A DNA stretch of 64,000 nt from Staphylococcus phage vB_StaM_PB50, in the sequence record OR770614.1; one strand, written 5' to 3'. Position numbers and translations under genes: made by a program. This document shows, in pieces, positions 30,690-40,329 of the stretch (positions within the stretch are counted from its first letter, which is position 1; each line of letters opens with the position of its first letter). The notes under the pieces are model-generated. The model was not told where the DNA came from. It saw nothing but the letters and a program-made list of their open reading frames with translations, and did no database searches.

Positions 30690-32086
30690 CGGTTATCCTA
30701 TATATTTCTATATAAGCCAGACTATATCTTAATCCCAGAGGGATCATTCCTGTTTCGATTTAAAGGGTTCTCACCTACTTTTATTTATAAAAGCCCTACT
30801 CCTATTGCGAAATTTCATCGCTTAAAGGATAGTCGTTGAACCAATTTATTAGTATTTTGTCTATTTTTTGCATTTCATAAAAGTTTATACGAAGTAAAGG
30901 TATTTCTCTTTCTTTACAAAAATTATTTTTTAATTCATCTCTTTTATTTATATCTTTATCTCTAAACATACTTTTTCTATGATTATTATTGTGTTGTCTT
31001 CCATCGAACTCTATTAAAGTATTATTTCCTGATACATAGAAATCAAATCTCAAGCTTTTTTTGTATTTTAAATCAGGAAATGTTTTTTCTTTAATATAAT
31101 CTATATTATTTTTTTCTAGAAATTTGATTATGTTTTTTTCTCCTCTAGAATATGTGTTCCCTAAACGTCTGTCTTTACGACACATAGGACAACCAGGCAT
31201 TTCATATATCCATCTAGGTTGTTTATAAAAAGTATGATTACATTTCACACATTTGAATTTATTTTTAGATGTATTTGTTTTATATTCATCCAGACATATT
31301 ATATCTCCATTAAACAAATTAGACAGCCTTTCTTCAAATTCTTCATGTGTTATAATTTTAAATTTAGGGGGATTACATACAGGACAACTATCACTTTTTC
31401 TTTTTCTTAGTTGTGATATGCTATTTTCAAATTCATGTCCGCATCTTTTATCTCTCATCACTATTTTAGAATTTATATTTTTGTAATCTCCACTCACATA
31501 CTCTTTATGATAAATATTTAATTTCTCGTTTATAGTATTAAAATTAGATTTTTTTAAACTTCTCTTTTTAATACCGCAATGTGGACATACTTTCCCTACT
31601 TTTATTTTTTCAAATGTTCTTTGGAATTCTTTATTACATTTTAAACATACAAAATCCATTTTAGTTTTTGTATTTACATATTCTTTAGATAATAAGATAC
31701 ATTTATTTTTTACTTCTTCTTTTACATCTTCAATACTAAAAAATTTTCTAGACATTATTAATCTCTCCCAATTTTATATTATAAAAAATAGTTAACTGGG
31801 TTAGATAAAATTGCTAATAAAATTGGTGCTGATTTCCCATTATTTCAATACTTAGGACTCTTAAAAAGAGCTTTTATTTCACCATATATCATCTCACTAC
31901 TTGTTTCTACTTTCGTTCCATTTAGGCAAGTGAGCTTTAGGGAGTTCCAGCTTTAAAGGAATTTATTCGACACTATATTGCTATAGTAGAAGGGGCCAAG
32001 TTCTCTAAACCCGTTTTCATTGATCTTGATGAAGCGTCTAAACTGTAAGCATTCTTTTTCGAAAGGAGCTGTTGTACAATAATTTC
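30690..32086 (-). mobile_element. group I intron carrying an endonuclease ORF (about 1.4 kb; 5' boundary approximate)
   Basis: R GGUUCAACGACUAUCC at 30828..30843 and S AAGAUAUAGUCUGG at about 30705..30722; GC-rich paired region 31800..32080; Q-like AAUCAGCACC just upstream of the ORF; P9-like hairpin then omega G before the last exon. Confidence 0.6.
30802..31755 (-). CDS. intron-encoded homing endonuclease, PD-(D/E)xK (Vsr/DUF559-like) with three N-terminal CxxC..CxxC zinc ribbons
   Basis: 317 aa; repeated C..C....C..C zinc fingers; C-terminal SLRFDFYVSGNNTLIEFDGRQH resembles the RFDF...IE.DG..H nuclease motif; the last 6 codons (WFNDYP) are encoded by the intron R element. Confidence 0.6.
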   Translation of the reverse strand: MSRKFFSIEDVKEEVKNKCILLSKEYVNTKTKMDFVCLKCNKEFQRTFEKIKVGKVCPHCGIKKRSLKKSNFNTINEKLNIYHKEYVSGDYKNINSKIVMRDKRCGHEFENSISQLRKRKSDSCPVCNPPKFKIITHEEFEERLSNLFNGDIICLDEYKTNTSKNKFKCVKCNHTFYKQPRWIYEMPGCPMCRKDRRLGNTYSRGEKNIIKFLEKNNIDYIKEKTFPDLKYKKSLRFDFYVSGNNTLIEFDGRQHNNNHRKSMFRDKDINKRDELKNNFCKEREIPLLRINFYEMQKIDKILINWFNDYPLSDEISQ

Positions 32087-32270
32087 ATACACTATTTTTA
32101 TTTAGTGTTTAGACTATATATTCATCCTATTAGGAGTTTTAATTTTAGTCGTTGAACTTTATTAAGATTATTTACTTAATATTAGATGCTGATCAGTTTC
32201 ATAAACTTTCCCAGCAATTTAAAAAATTTTACATATACATTGCTGTATAAGGAGGCTACAACAGTATTTA
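32087..32270 (-). mobile_element. mini group I intron (ORF-less), boundaries approximate
   Basis: Cores P AAAUUGCUGGGAAAG, Q GAUCAGCAUC, R GUUCAACGACUAAAA, S AUAUAGUCU; 5' start UAAAUACUGUUGUAGCCUCC with IGS GCCUC pairing exon GAGGU; P9 hairpin ACACUA...UAGUGU. Confidence 0.55.
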
Positions 32271-32284
32271 ACCTCTTAACATGT

Positions 32285-32460
32285 AAGTCATTTATCTTTA
32301 CTATATTCATTTTATAGATGAGACTATATCTTCTTCGTCATATATTTAGTCGTTGAACAATTTAATTGATGCTGATCAACTTTAAATGTCTTTTCAGCAG
32401 TTAATATGATTTTAATTGAGCTCATACATAAGTTAACCCAACCGGTACTTTATATCTTGT
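32285..32460 (-). mobile_element. mini group I intron (ORF-less), boundaries approximate
   Basis: Cores P AACUGCUGAAAAG, Q GAUCAGCAUC, R GUUCAACGACUAAAUA, S AAGAUAUAGUCUC; P9 hairpin CUAUA..UAUAG; 5' end probably within the last ~15 codons of ORF 32422..34107. Confidence 0.5.
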
Positions 32461-34107
32461 TCTTAATGGATCTTCTTTATTTCCATCATGTCTATAATAA
32501 ACAAATTCATTCATAGGAACTTCTAGTTTGTCTAAAGCTTCTTGTATTTGATTAATATCAGCTTCAGATTTATTAGGTAAAACTTCTATATAGAAATTCT
32601 CATCACTATTTATGAAACGTTTAATATATCTCATAAATTCTTCATCATTCATTTCATCATAAAAAGATTTATAATTTCTCATATTACTTTGATCTTTATC
32701 TAATGAAGATATAACGTCAAGTATTTTATTTTGAATTTCCTGACGTTTCTTTTTACTATCGCTTACTGCTTCATTTAAGATTGATTCTGATTCTAGGATA
32801 GTTTCATTTAAAGTATTTTCATTGAATTCCATAAAGAATCTTTCGATTATTTCTATATCACTAGATATTGCTTTTTGGAAATCAAAGTTAGCAGGAATTT
32901 CTTTAACACTAAATTTGAATTCTCCATTATCTTTAACATTCTCATCGAAACCAAATTTATCTGCACTATATCTATTAATATCTTCCATATTACCAAATAT
33001 AATTGGACTATCAATACTAAAGTCTGCTAATACATATCCTTGTCCATTATATGATACAGGGAAAAGTTTTATTCTATTTTTAGATGGTTCTACATATGAA
33101 ATTAATTCTATGGATTTGATTCCTAATTTCTTTTCTAATATTTTAAAATAAAGTAAAGCTAATAAGTTAGGATTTATTCTTCCTTGATCTGGTTTAATAG
33201 AGAAGTTTTCATCTAATATCATTGAAGGAGTTACTGTGTAATAAATTTCTTCAGATTTATCTTCAGTAAATACAGGTTTAGAATTTTTAGTTTTATTATA
33301 TAGATAATTAAAAACATCCAATTCATTTTCTAATTGATATTCATAAATTATATCATTTAATTTATTATCAAATTCATAGTCTCCATAGAATTTATAGATA
33401 TCGGTTTCATTATATTTTAAAACTTCTTTATTTATGAATAAAGGTGAATTGAGTACATTGTTCTCTGTAAATATTTTATTGTATATAATATCTTCTTTAG
33501 AATCTGAGAAAATATCATTTCCCATAGATTCTAAAACTTTTACTAAAGTTCTTAACTTAGCATCATTATAGAAATTATACTTATCTTTATTATAACTTAC
33601 ATATTCCTCAGAATTTAAATACTCGCTGAAATCTTTTCTTTTAGTTGAATCTTTACTTAGAAATCTAACTTTAGTAACTTCCGTAAGCTTATCAATATCA
33701 TTCAAAATAGTTTTAATACTGCCAGTATCGGTAACAACAATAGGATTTCCTCCTTTGTAATCTCCGGCATAATCAATTAAAACATCTTCTTCTCTACTTT
33801 TTTGATTTTGAAGAACTATAAATCTAATTTGTGTATTATCATTAAAATACTTAATTAAACTAATATCAAACCAACAAGAATTTCCTTTTTTATCATGATT
33901 TTGACTTTCATTATAATCTAATAGGAAATCTATTTCTGATTCAGTGACTAATATTTCTGTTTCATTCACTAAATCAATAGGAGATTTAATTACACTGATA
34001 TTATCCGATCCACATTCAGAACAAGATGTGATATCTTCATTATATTCTTGAACTTTGCTACAAGAATTACATCTAACGTATTTATTTTTCAATCCATTCA
34101 CTTCCAA
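32422..34107 (-). CDS. first exon of intron-interrupted gene; possible RNAP beta-prime-like (C-terminal module) protein
   Basis: 561 aa; N-terminal CxxC-x12-CxxC zinc ribbon. Followed by three intron cores and a beta-prime region-H-like terminal exon. True 3' end of this exon lies upstream of the ORF-track stop. Family assignment tentative. Confidence 0.35.
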   Translation of the reverse strand: MEVNGLKNKYVRCNSCSKVQEYNEDITSCSECGSDNISVIKSPIDLVNETEILVTESEIDFLLDYNESQNHDKKGNSCWFDISLIKYFNDNTQIRFIVLQNQKSREEDVLIDYAGDYKGGNPIVVTDTGSIKTILNDIDKLTEVTKVRFLSKDSTKRKDFSEYLNSEEYVSYNKDKYNFYNDAKLRTLVKVLESMGNDIFSDSKEDIIYNKIFTENNVLNSPLFINKEVLKYNETDIYKFYGDYEFDNKLNDIIYEYQLENELDVFNYLYNKTKNSKPVFTEDKSEEIYYTVTPSMILDENFSIKPDQGRINPNLLALLYFKILEKKLGIKSIELISYVEPSKNRIKLFPVSYNGQGYVLADFSIDSPIIFGNMEDINRYSADKFGFDENVKDNGEFKFSVKEIPANFDFQKAISSDIEIIERFFMEFNENTLNETILESESILNEAVSDSKKKRQEIQNKILDVISSLDKDQSNMRNYKSFYDEMNDEEFMRYIKRFINSDENFYIEVLPNKSEADINQIQEALDKLEVPMNEFVYYRHDGNKEDPLRTRYKVPVGLTYV

Positions 34108-34228
34108 TTCTTTATATTTCTTAATATGATGATGTTTCTTTACAAATTTACCAAAAAATTAAATAAAATAGGTAATGACCAAATTAATGATCATTACCTA
34201 TATTTAACTTCTTCCAAATCAACATTTT

Positions 34229-37200
34229 TTAATTTGTTTTAATAATTGATGCATCAACACAATATTCACTATCATTTAATTTCATTAAAGGATTTCCAAA
34301 AGTTGTACGTTTATAAGTGTTTATCTCAGATAAAGGTACATTAATAGTTTTATTTTCAGTAACTAATAATAGATTGTCTTCTTCTTCATTATCAATCATG
34401 CTAATGTACATTACTGAATCTTTATCTTCTTTAAATTTAGCTGCGATAACTCCTTTAATTGATCTAGATTTAACTGGTATCTCATCTATTTCAACTTTCT
34501 TAGCTAAACTTTTATGAGTGACAATTAGTACTTTATTTTGACCTGAATCAATAACAGTTGAAGCAACCTTATTATTTTTATTAATTGTAGTATTACTGAA
34601 AATAGCTGATCCGATAGTTGTACGTTTTTGAACTGGAACTAACTCATGGGAGAATCTAATCATATTTCCTTTTTCAGATACTGCAACTAAGTTAAAAGGT
34701 TTCTTAGAGTGTACATTATGAACATTTACAACTTTATCATCTTCATTAAGCTTAATTAAAATTACTCCTGATCTACTAATTTCTTCAACCATAACCATTT
34801 TAATTTTATTTAATTCAGTAGTGACTACAAAAGCTGTATCTGGGTCTTTTAATTCTTCATCAGTTAATGTGAAAGCTTTAACGATATTTTCTTTTTTAGT
34901 AAATCTAGTAATATCTTTACCAAAGTTATTTAATGATTTAATTTCTGGGAATTCGTATACTTTATCATAGAATAACTTACCTTGATCTGTTACTAGGAAT
35001 AAATTATCTTTACTATTAGCGTTGAATATGTTTAGAGGTACATCTCCATCAGATAATTTACCAATACTAATACCTTTACCATTACGTTTCTGAGGTTTAC
35101 TCACTTCAGCTTTAACTTTCTTAATTTTACCCTGTTTAGTTATAATGACCATGAATTCTTCATCTTTAACTAATAAATCTTTATTATCTGATTTAAAATC
35201 TAAATCTGAATATTTAGTAATTCTATTTCTCTTAAGTGTATTTTTATCTTTCTTAATTTCTTTTAATTCTTCCACAATAAGATTTTTTAGTTTATTAACA
35301 TCTTTCATGTATTCCATTTCAGAATTAACTATTTCTTCTTTTTCATTCTTCTCTTCAATAAGTTTATTTACTTCAAGATTATTAATTGTATATAGTTTCA
35401 TATCAGCTACATACGCTGCTTGAGCGTGTGATATATTAAATTTCTTACTAACTGTATCAATAATATCTTCTTTACCTTTACCAGACTTAACAATCTTAAT
35501 TAATTGATCTATATTCTTAGAATCTAATACAACTAGCAAACCTTCTATAATATGAATACGACTTCTTAAATCTTTAATTTTAAATGACTTGATACGTTTA
35601 ACAGTAGACTGTCTAAATTCAATCCATCTATCAAGAATATTTAATAAATTAGTTTCAATTAGTTTATTATTATCTACTAATTTAATATCAAAATTAATTC
35701 TAGAAGTTACAGTTTTAATTTTATATAATTGATTAAGTGCTAAATCTAAGTCTGTTGATTTTGTATACTGCAATATTAGATTAACATTACCTTTTTGAGA
35801 TCCATCAGAAATATTCTTAAGTCCATCTAATCTTTCTTCTTTATAAGCTTCTTTAATAGCTTCAATCATTCTTTCTAAAGTTATATTATAAGGAATTTCT
35901 GTTATTGTTAATGTAGATTTACTTTCATCTTTTTCAATAACTGATCTTAATAACATTGATCCTTTTCCTGTTCGATAATATTTCTCTAGATCATCTACAT
36001 AAGCTTCTCCGCCATAAGGAAATTGTGGTCTAAAATTATTATCTTTAATTAATGTCTTTAATTGTTTGTTAGGATTTTTAAGTCTATCAATAGTAATGTT
36101 AACTACATCATTAATATCATGTGGAGGTAAATCAGAACGATGTCCACCACCACCAATACCAAAACTACCATTAACTAATATATAAGGTAATTTAGCAGGT
36201 AATACCAAAGGTTCTAACATTGATCCATCAAAGTTTTTAACCATATTAACTGCATTATCATTGATATTATCTAATAAATTTCTTTCTGAGAATTTATTCA
36301 ATCTCATCTCTGTATTGTGGTGAATAAAACCTTCAGCCATAAATGAGTGATCTTCAGTATCAACTCTAATTGAGTATACAGTTTCTTCTTCATCTAAAGA
36401 TTCAATAGATTTAACTTTATCAAAATATGTGTTATTATCTAAGTATTTAGATATAAATAATAGTAAGTGATCATTATCTAATATTTCAATACCATATTCT
36501 TCCTCTAATAGATTAAAATTATTTAAGAAATTCTTTCTTGTATTGAATAATTCTGGATAAAAGTAATTAGTCATTTTTCTTTCATCTAACACTTCAGATA
36601 AGAAAGGTATAATTTGATATTTATTAGGTTTATCATCTCTGTACATATTTATTATACTTTCGATTTTATCATTATATAGTTCATCATCTTTAATTAAATG
36701 ATTAACTAAGTTTTTCAATGAATGTATATCTTGTATTTGTAGTCTAAACGTATCAGTACTGAATTCATTTATTACAGAATATATTCCAAATTGAGATAAT
36801 AATACAGATATTTCTTGCATAAATTTTTTACTATAACTTTCTATAATTAAACCGATATTATCTACAATCTCACTATCTTGTCTGAATAATTCCATTAAAA
36901 ATTCTCTTTTATATCCTAAACAAGCTTCAAGAATTTTATCAGGTAATATTTTTTCAGTCTCAATAGATTTCATTAAAATTCCGTATTCAGGATCTAAAGT
37001 ATCTTTAAAATATTTTTGAGATAAAAGTTCTCCCCATTTTCTAAAACTTTCTTTTTCATTTTCATTAAGATTTTTACTTCTAAAATCTTTAAGATCATTC
37101 TTAATCATAGTTCTATTGATTAAGTAGTCTCCTTCTTTAATTTCATCCATTGTTTTCCATTTAAAATCTAATCCTTTTGTTGGATGTTTGATTACAGTTA

Positions 37201-37783
37201 ATAAAGGATGATTTAATGTTGCTTTAATATTTTTACCAGATTCAGTTTCTAACTCCATTACTTTATGTTTACCTGAATTAAAGAACTTACTAGCTTTCAC
37301 TGATTTTCTTCTAAAGTCTTTTACTACTTTATCAATGCTATGTGTAGTATCTAAATCTGTATTAGGTACAATGTCTTTAATACGTCTTAGTTCACCTTCA
37401 GATAATTCCACAATATGATTTCCTGTTAAACAATAACGTGAAGCGGCTGCTGATGCTCCTGTAATAGAACCAAAAGCTCCATGACCTTCAATTAAAGGTT
37501 GGTTCATAGAAAATGGTGTAATCATATTAACCGCAGAATCATAAATACCATCATTACTATGTGGATGTAATATAGTTGTATCACCAGCAATTCTAGCAGA
37601 TTTAGCAAATTTTTTATCTGATCTATAACCATTTTTATACATAATATATAATATTTTTCTTTGAATAGGTTTCAACCCATCTCTAACATCTGGTATTTGA
37701 CGATTTGTATTAATCTCATTAAAATAAATCATCATATTATCATGAACTACTTCTTTTAAATCTTTCTTAAAAATCTCTGCCAT
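34229..37783 (-). CDS. DNA topoisomerase II subunit A (GyrA/ParC/T4 gp52-like) containing an intein
   Basis: RQIPDVRDGLKPIQRKILY, AKSARIAGD...HPH.NDGIYDSAVNM, GHGAFGSITGASAAASRY then intein then TEMRL.. and LPAKLPYILVNGSFGIGGG; extein is about 811 aa. Confidence 0.9.
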   Translation of the reverse strand: MAEIFKKDLKEVVHDNMMIYFNEINTNRQIPDVRDGLKPIQRKILYIMYKNGYRSDKKFAKSARIAGDTTILHPHSNDGIYDSAVNMITPFSMNQPLIEGHGAFGSITGASAAASRYCLTGNHIVELSEGELRRIKDIVPNTDLDTTHSIDKVVKDFRRKSVKASKFFNSGKHKVMELETESGKNIKATLNHPLLTVIKHPTKGLDFKWKTMDEIKEGDYLINRTMIKNDLKDFRSKNLNENEKESFRKWGELLSQKYFKDTLDPEYGILMKSIETEKILPDKILEACLGYKREFLMELFRQDSEIVDNIGLIIESYSKKFMQEISVLLSQFGIYSVINEFSTDTFRLQIQDIHSLKNLVNHLIKDDELYNDKIESIINMYRDDKPNKYQIIPFLSEVLDERKMTNYFYPELFNTRKNFLNNFNLLEEEYGIEILDNDHLLLFISKYLDNNTYFDKVKSIESLDEEETVYSIRVDTEDHSFMAEGFIHHNTEMRLNKFSERNLLDNINDNAVNMVKNFDGSMLEPLVLPAKLPYILVNGSFGIGGGGHRSDLPPHDINDVVNITIDRLKNPNKQLKTLIKDNNFRPQFPYGGEAYVDDLEKYYRTGKGSMLLRSVIEKDESKSTLTITEIPYNITLERMIEAIKEAYKEERLDGLKNISDGSQKGNVNLILQYTKSTDLDLALNQLYKIKTVTSRINFDIKLVDNNKLIETNLLNILDRWIEFRQSTVKRIKSFKIKDLRSRIHIIEGLLVVLDSKNIDQLIKIVKSGKGKEDIIDTVSKKFNISHAQAAYVADMKLYTINNLEVNKLIEEKNEKEEIVNSEMEYMKDVNKLKNLIVEELKEIKKDKNTLKRNRITKYSDLDFKSDNKDLLVKDEEFMVIITKQGKIKKVKAEVSKPQKRNGKGISIGKLSDGDVPLNIFNANSKDNLFLVTDQGKLFYDKVYEFPEIKSLNNFGKDITRFTKKENIVKAFTLTDEELKDPDTAFVVTTELNKIKMVMVEEISRSGVILIKLNEDDKVVNVHNVHSKKPFNLVAVSEKGNMIRFSHELVPVQKRTTIGSAIFSNTTINKNNKVASTVIDSGQNKVLIVTHKSLAKKVEIDEIPVKSRSIKGVIAAKFKEDKDSVMYISMIDNEEEDNLLLVTENKTINVPLSEINTYKRTTFGNPLMKLNDSEYCVDASIIKTN
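36314..37432 (-). mobile_element. intein (373 aa) with LAGLIDADG-type endonuclease domain, inserted after the catalytic tyrosine of the topo II A subunit
   Basis: Begins Cys right after AAASRY (CLTGNHIVEL, block A; TLNHPLLT, block B); ends ..DHSFMAEGFIHHN followed by Thr (block G); internal LL..FGIYS-type endonuclease blocks. Codons verified at 37430-37432 (Cys) and 36311-36322 (HHN-T). Confidence 0.85.
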
Positions 37784-37854
37784 TATCGTTTCAGTCCTTT
37801 TCTAATAATTATAAATAATAAAATTTCGTTAATTTATATTTTTAAATAAATTTA

Positions 37855-37889
37855 AACCTAATACCCATTTATATTATAGGTATTAGGTT
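37855..37889 (-). terminator. hairpin AACCTAATACC..GGTATTAGGTT (second hairpin family)
   Basis: Related copies at 3574..3605, 17753..17784, 38788..38816, 51238..51269. Confidence 0.4.
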
Positions 37890-37894
37890 AGTTA

Positions 37895-38137
37895 TTAATC
37901 ATCTTTATTATTACATTTATTCTTTTTAATTTTATCTTTAGTTTTTTTAATTCTAAAAATAATAAAAGATATAACTAATGCTAATATAAGTGATAGAGTT
38001 AAAAAATTAATAATTCCATCATTATTATCTACATGGAATTCATTAATTGCATTTTCAGTAACATCATCTTTAACAACAATAGCGTGTTTAGGAATTAATG
38101 CTTCTTCTTTAGCTTTATCTGTATCTATAAGCTCCAT
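37895..38137 (-). CDS. small C-terminally anchored membrane protein
   Basis: 80 aa with one TM helix. Confidence 0.4.
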   Translation of the reverse strand: MELIDTDKAKEEALIPKHAIVVKDDVTENAINEFHVDNNDGIINFLTLSLILALVISFIIFRIKKTKDKIKKNKCNNKDD

Positions 38138-38191
38138 ACAAAATCACACGTCCTTGTCACATTTTATTATATAGTGTTGTTCTTCATAATA

Positions 38192-38737
38192 TTAGCTGAA
38201 TTCGGATAAGGTTGTATAGTATTCATAAAGATTATTCAACACTTCATCTATAGAATATAAGTTATCTTCTTCTAATTCTATTTCAACAAAATGTCTAGGA
38301 CATCTTGTACCTAAGAAATTTTCACTTTCTGCAATGATATAGCATCTTACAAATGTTGTGTATTTACCCATTTGTTCTTCATTAAATTCAAAAGGTGCAA
38401 ATTCACTCATTTTTTCATTATCAATAAAAGCAATTTCAATAGCTCCATACATATCTATTGAATCATCGACTTCATTTAAATAATCTTCAATATCAACAAA
38501 GATAAAATTACCATTTCCAGTAAATTCTTCTTTATTGTTTAAAGTATACTCTATCATATTTCTATTATTTCTTTTATTAGATTTTTCTTTTATTCTATCG
38601 ACTAAATTATGTTTTATAAAAATTCTTTCTAAATCAGATAAATATCTAAATTCATCTTCTGCCATTTCATTCATTGGAGATAATTTCTTTACCATTAATC
38701 CTAAATCTTCAGTATTGTCTAAATTTAATTTATTCAA
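38192..38737 (-). CDS. hypothetical protein
   Basis: 181-aa ORF. Confidence 0.5.
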   Translation of the reverse strand: MNKLNLDNTEDLGLMVKKLSPMNEMAEDEFRYLSDLERIFIKHNLVDRIKEKSNKRNNRNMIEYTLNNKEEFTGNGNFIFVDIEDYLNEVDDSIDMYGAIEIAFIDNEKMSEFAPFEFNEEQMGKYTTFVRCYIIAESENFLGTRCPRHFVEIELEEDNLYSIDEVLNNLYEYYTTLSEFS

Positions 38738-38828
38738 AATATACCAACTCTCTTAAATGTATTTTATTTTAAAAACTTAAATAGGAAACCTAATACCAAT
38801 GTGTAGGTATTAGGTAATTTCTTTCTAA

Positions 38829-39200
38829 TTAAATATTATTTATATTATTCCATTTTGAATTTGGTTTTAACAAATCAGACATTGATAATTCATCATTTAA
38901 ACATACTTCACCAGTATCTTCATTAGTATACCAAATTCTAGCAAGGTATCTTCCAAAAGCATCAGATTTGTAAGTTTGTAATAGTAACTCTTTACCTTCC
39001 ACACGCTCCTTAACAAATTCAGTTGCTTCTTTATAATTTTCTTGTCCTCTTTCTGGAGTGTCCACATCAAGAATTCTTATTCTTCTTTTTGCACTCACAT
39101 CAAAACCAAAATCAATAATAACGTCAATGGTATCACCATCAACAACTCTTTCACATTTTGCTTTAAAAATATATAAATTATCTTTACTAATATTACCCAT
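38829..39200 (-). CDS. staphylococcal (micrococcal) nuclease-fold nuclease
   Basis: 123 aa; VVDGDTIDV...RIRILDVDTPE and downstream R/Y catalytic-like residues typical of SNase domain. Confidence 0.7.
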   Translation of the reverse strand: MGNISKDNLYIFKAKCERVVDGDTIDVIIDFGFDVSAKRRIRILDVDTPERGQENYKEATEFVKERVEGKELLLQTYKSDAFGRYLARIWYTNEDTGEVCLNDELSMSDLLKPNSKWNNINNI

Positions 39201-39279
39201 TATATAACGTCCTTTTTAAAAAATGTATTATACAATATTGTTTTTGTGACCTTTATTAGTAAGTCAATAAATATATTCA

Positions 39280-39714
39280 TTAAATGTATTTCATTTCTTT
39301 TCCTAATTTTTCAAATAGACTTTTATCATATCTATATCTATGATAAAAAGTAAAATATGATTTAGGAACCCAACATAAATTTTCTATACTAATATTTTCT
39401 TTATTCCCATCAATAAAATGTATTGAATCATATTCATATGGTTTTGGATTTTTTACAAACGTTTTAGCTAATAAACTATGTACTTGTACAGTATATTTTT
39501 TGCCTTTATAATTCATAGTAAAATACTTAGTTCCATTACCATTTTTAAATAACGCATATTCACATTCTTTAACTATATGCATTCTTCCTTTATGATCCTT
39601 AACTATATCCGCTACACGTTTTACTCTTCCAGATTTAGTTATTTTAAGAATACCTTTATATCCTTTAGCATCATACCATTCTTCTTCTACATTATTCAAT
39701 TTTTCTTGTGACAA
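39280..39714 (-). CDS. free-standing HNH homing endonuclease (NUMOD4 + HNH_3)
   Basis: 144 aa; EEWYDAKGYKGILKITKSGRVKRV and HFIDGNKENISIENLCWVP. Confidence 0.7.
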   Translation of the reverse strand: MSQEKLNNVEEEWYDAKGYKGILKITKSGRVKRVADIVKDHKGRMHIVKECEYALFKNGNGTKYFTMNYKGKKYTVQVHSLLAKTFVKNPKPYEYDSIHFIDGNKENISIENLCWVPKSYFTFYHRYRYDKSLFEKLGKEMKYI

Positions 39715-39759
39715 GACTCTTACACTTCTTTCTTATATTTTATTATAAGAAGTAGTTAA

Positions 39760-40329
39760 TTAGAGACTATAATTATATGTGAGATAATGGAATCTAAATC
39801 TATTATTTTTATTTGTTATATCAAATTTTAGACATAATTGATCGTCATAAAAAGGAGTACCTGTAGTAAAACCTTTTTGATAATTGACTAAATTGATATA
39901 GATATTTGATAACGATCTTTCTATTTCTAGATGTTTAAAACCTAAAAATTCTTCATTTAATTCAACTATAATTCTATTTTCTTTAACCATATTATCGTAA
40001 TGAGAGGATAAAGTATTAGCTTCATTAAAGAGTTTATTATTTATCATTTTAATATCATAAGCTTTATCATAAAATTTATTATTAAACTGCAACCTTTTAT
40101 CCATACTTCTTGGTGCTATATGTTCAGTGTCAATTTCAAACATATCAGAAATATTTTCTTTATATTTTAATTCTTTAAAAACTACATCAAATAAATTATA
40201 AATTCCATTAATCATAAATATTGCAAATTGACTTTCAGAAAATATTTTATTTTTTAATTCAGGTTCAATATAATTATTATCTATTTCTTTAATAAATTCA
40301 TCTATAATTTTAGTCATTTTTGTTGTCAC
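39760..40329 (-). CDS. hypothetical protein
   Basis: 189-aa ORF overlapping the next gene start by 20 nt. Confidence 0.5.
   Translation of the reverse strand: MTTKMTKIIDEFIKEIDNNYIEPELKNKIFSESQFAIFMINGIYNLFDVVFKELKYKENISDMFEIDTEHIAPRSMDKRLQFNNKFYDKAYDIKMINNKLFNEANTLSSHYDNMVKENRIIVELNEEFLGFKHLEIERSLSNIYINLVNYQKGFTTGTPFYDDQLCLKFDITNKNNRFRFHYLTYNYSL

Noticed and set aside
30565-30747. 60-aa minus-strand ORF overlapping the start of the terminal exon
   Set aside because: It lies across the S element and 3' end of the endonuclease-bearing group I intron, out of frame with the exon. It is an artefact of the open intron sequence.
32950-33050. Degenerate RNAP catalytic motif (ADFSID aligned to NADFDGD) in ORF 32422..34107
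   Set aside because: The spacing match (EP..K..P..ADF..D) is intriguing, but the middle Asp is absent and no bridge-helix or trigger-loop motif could be found by eye. The match is probably coincidental and is not asserted.
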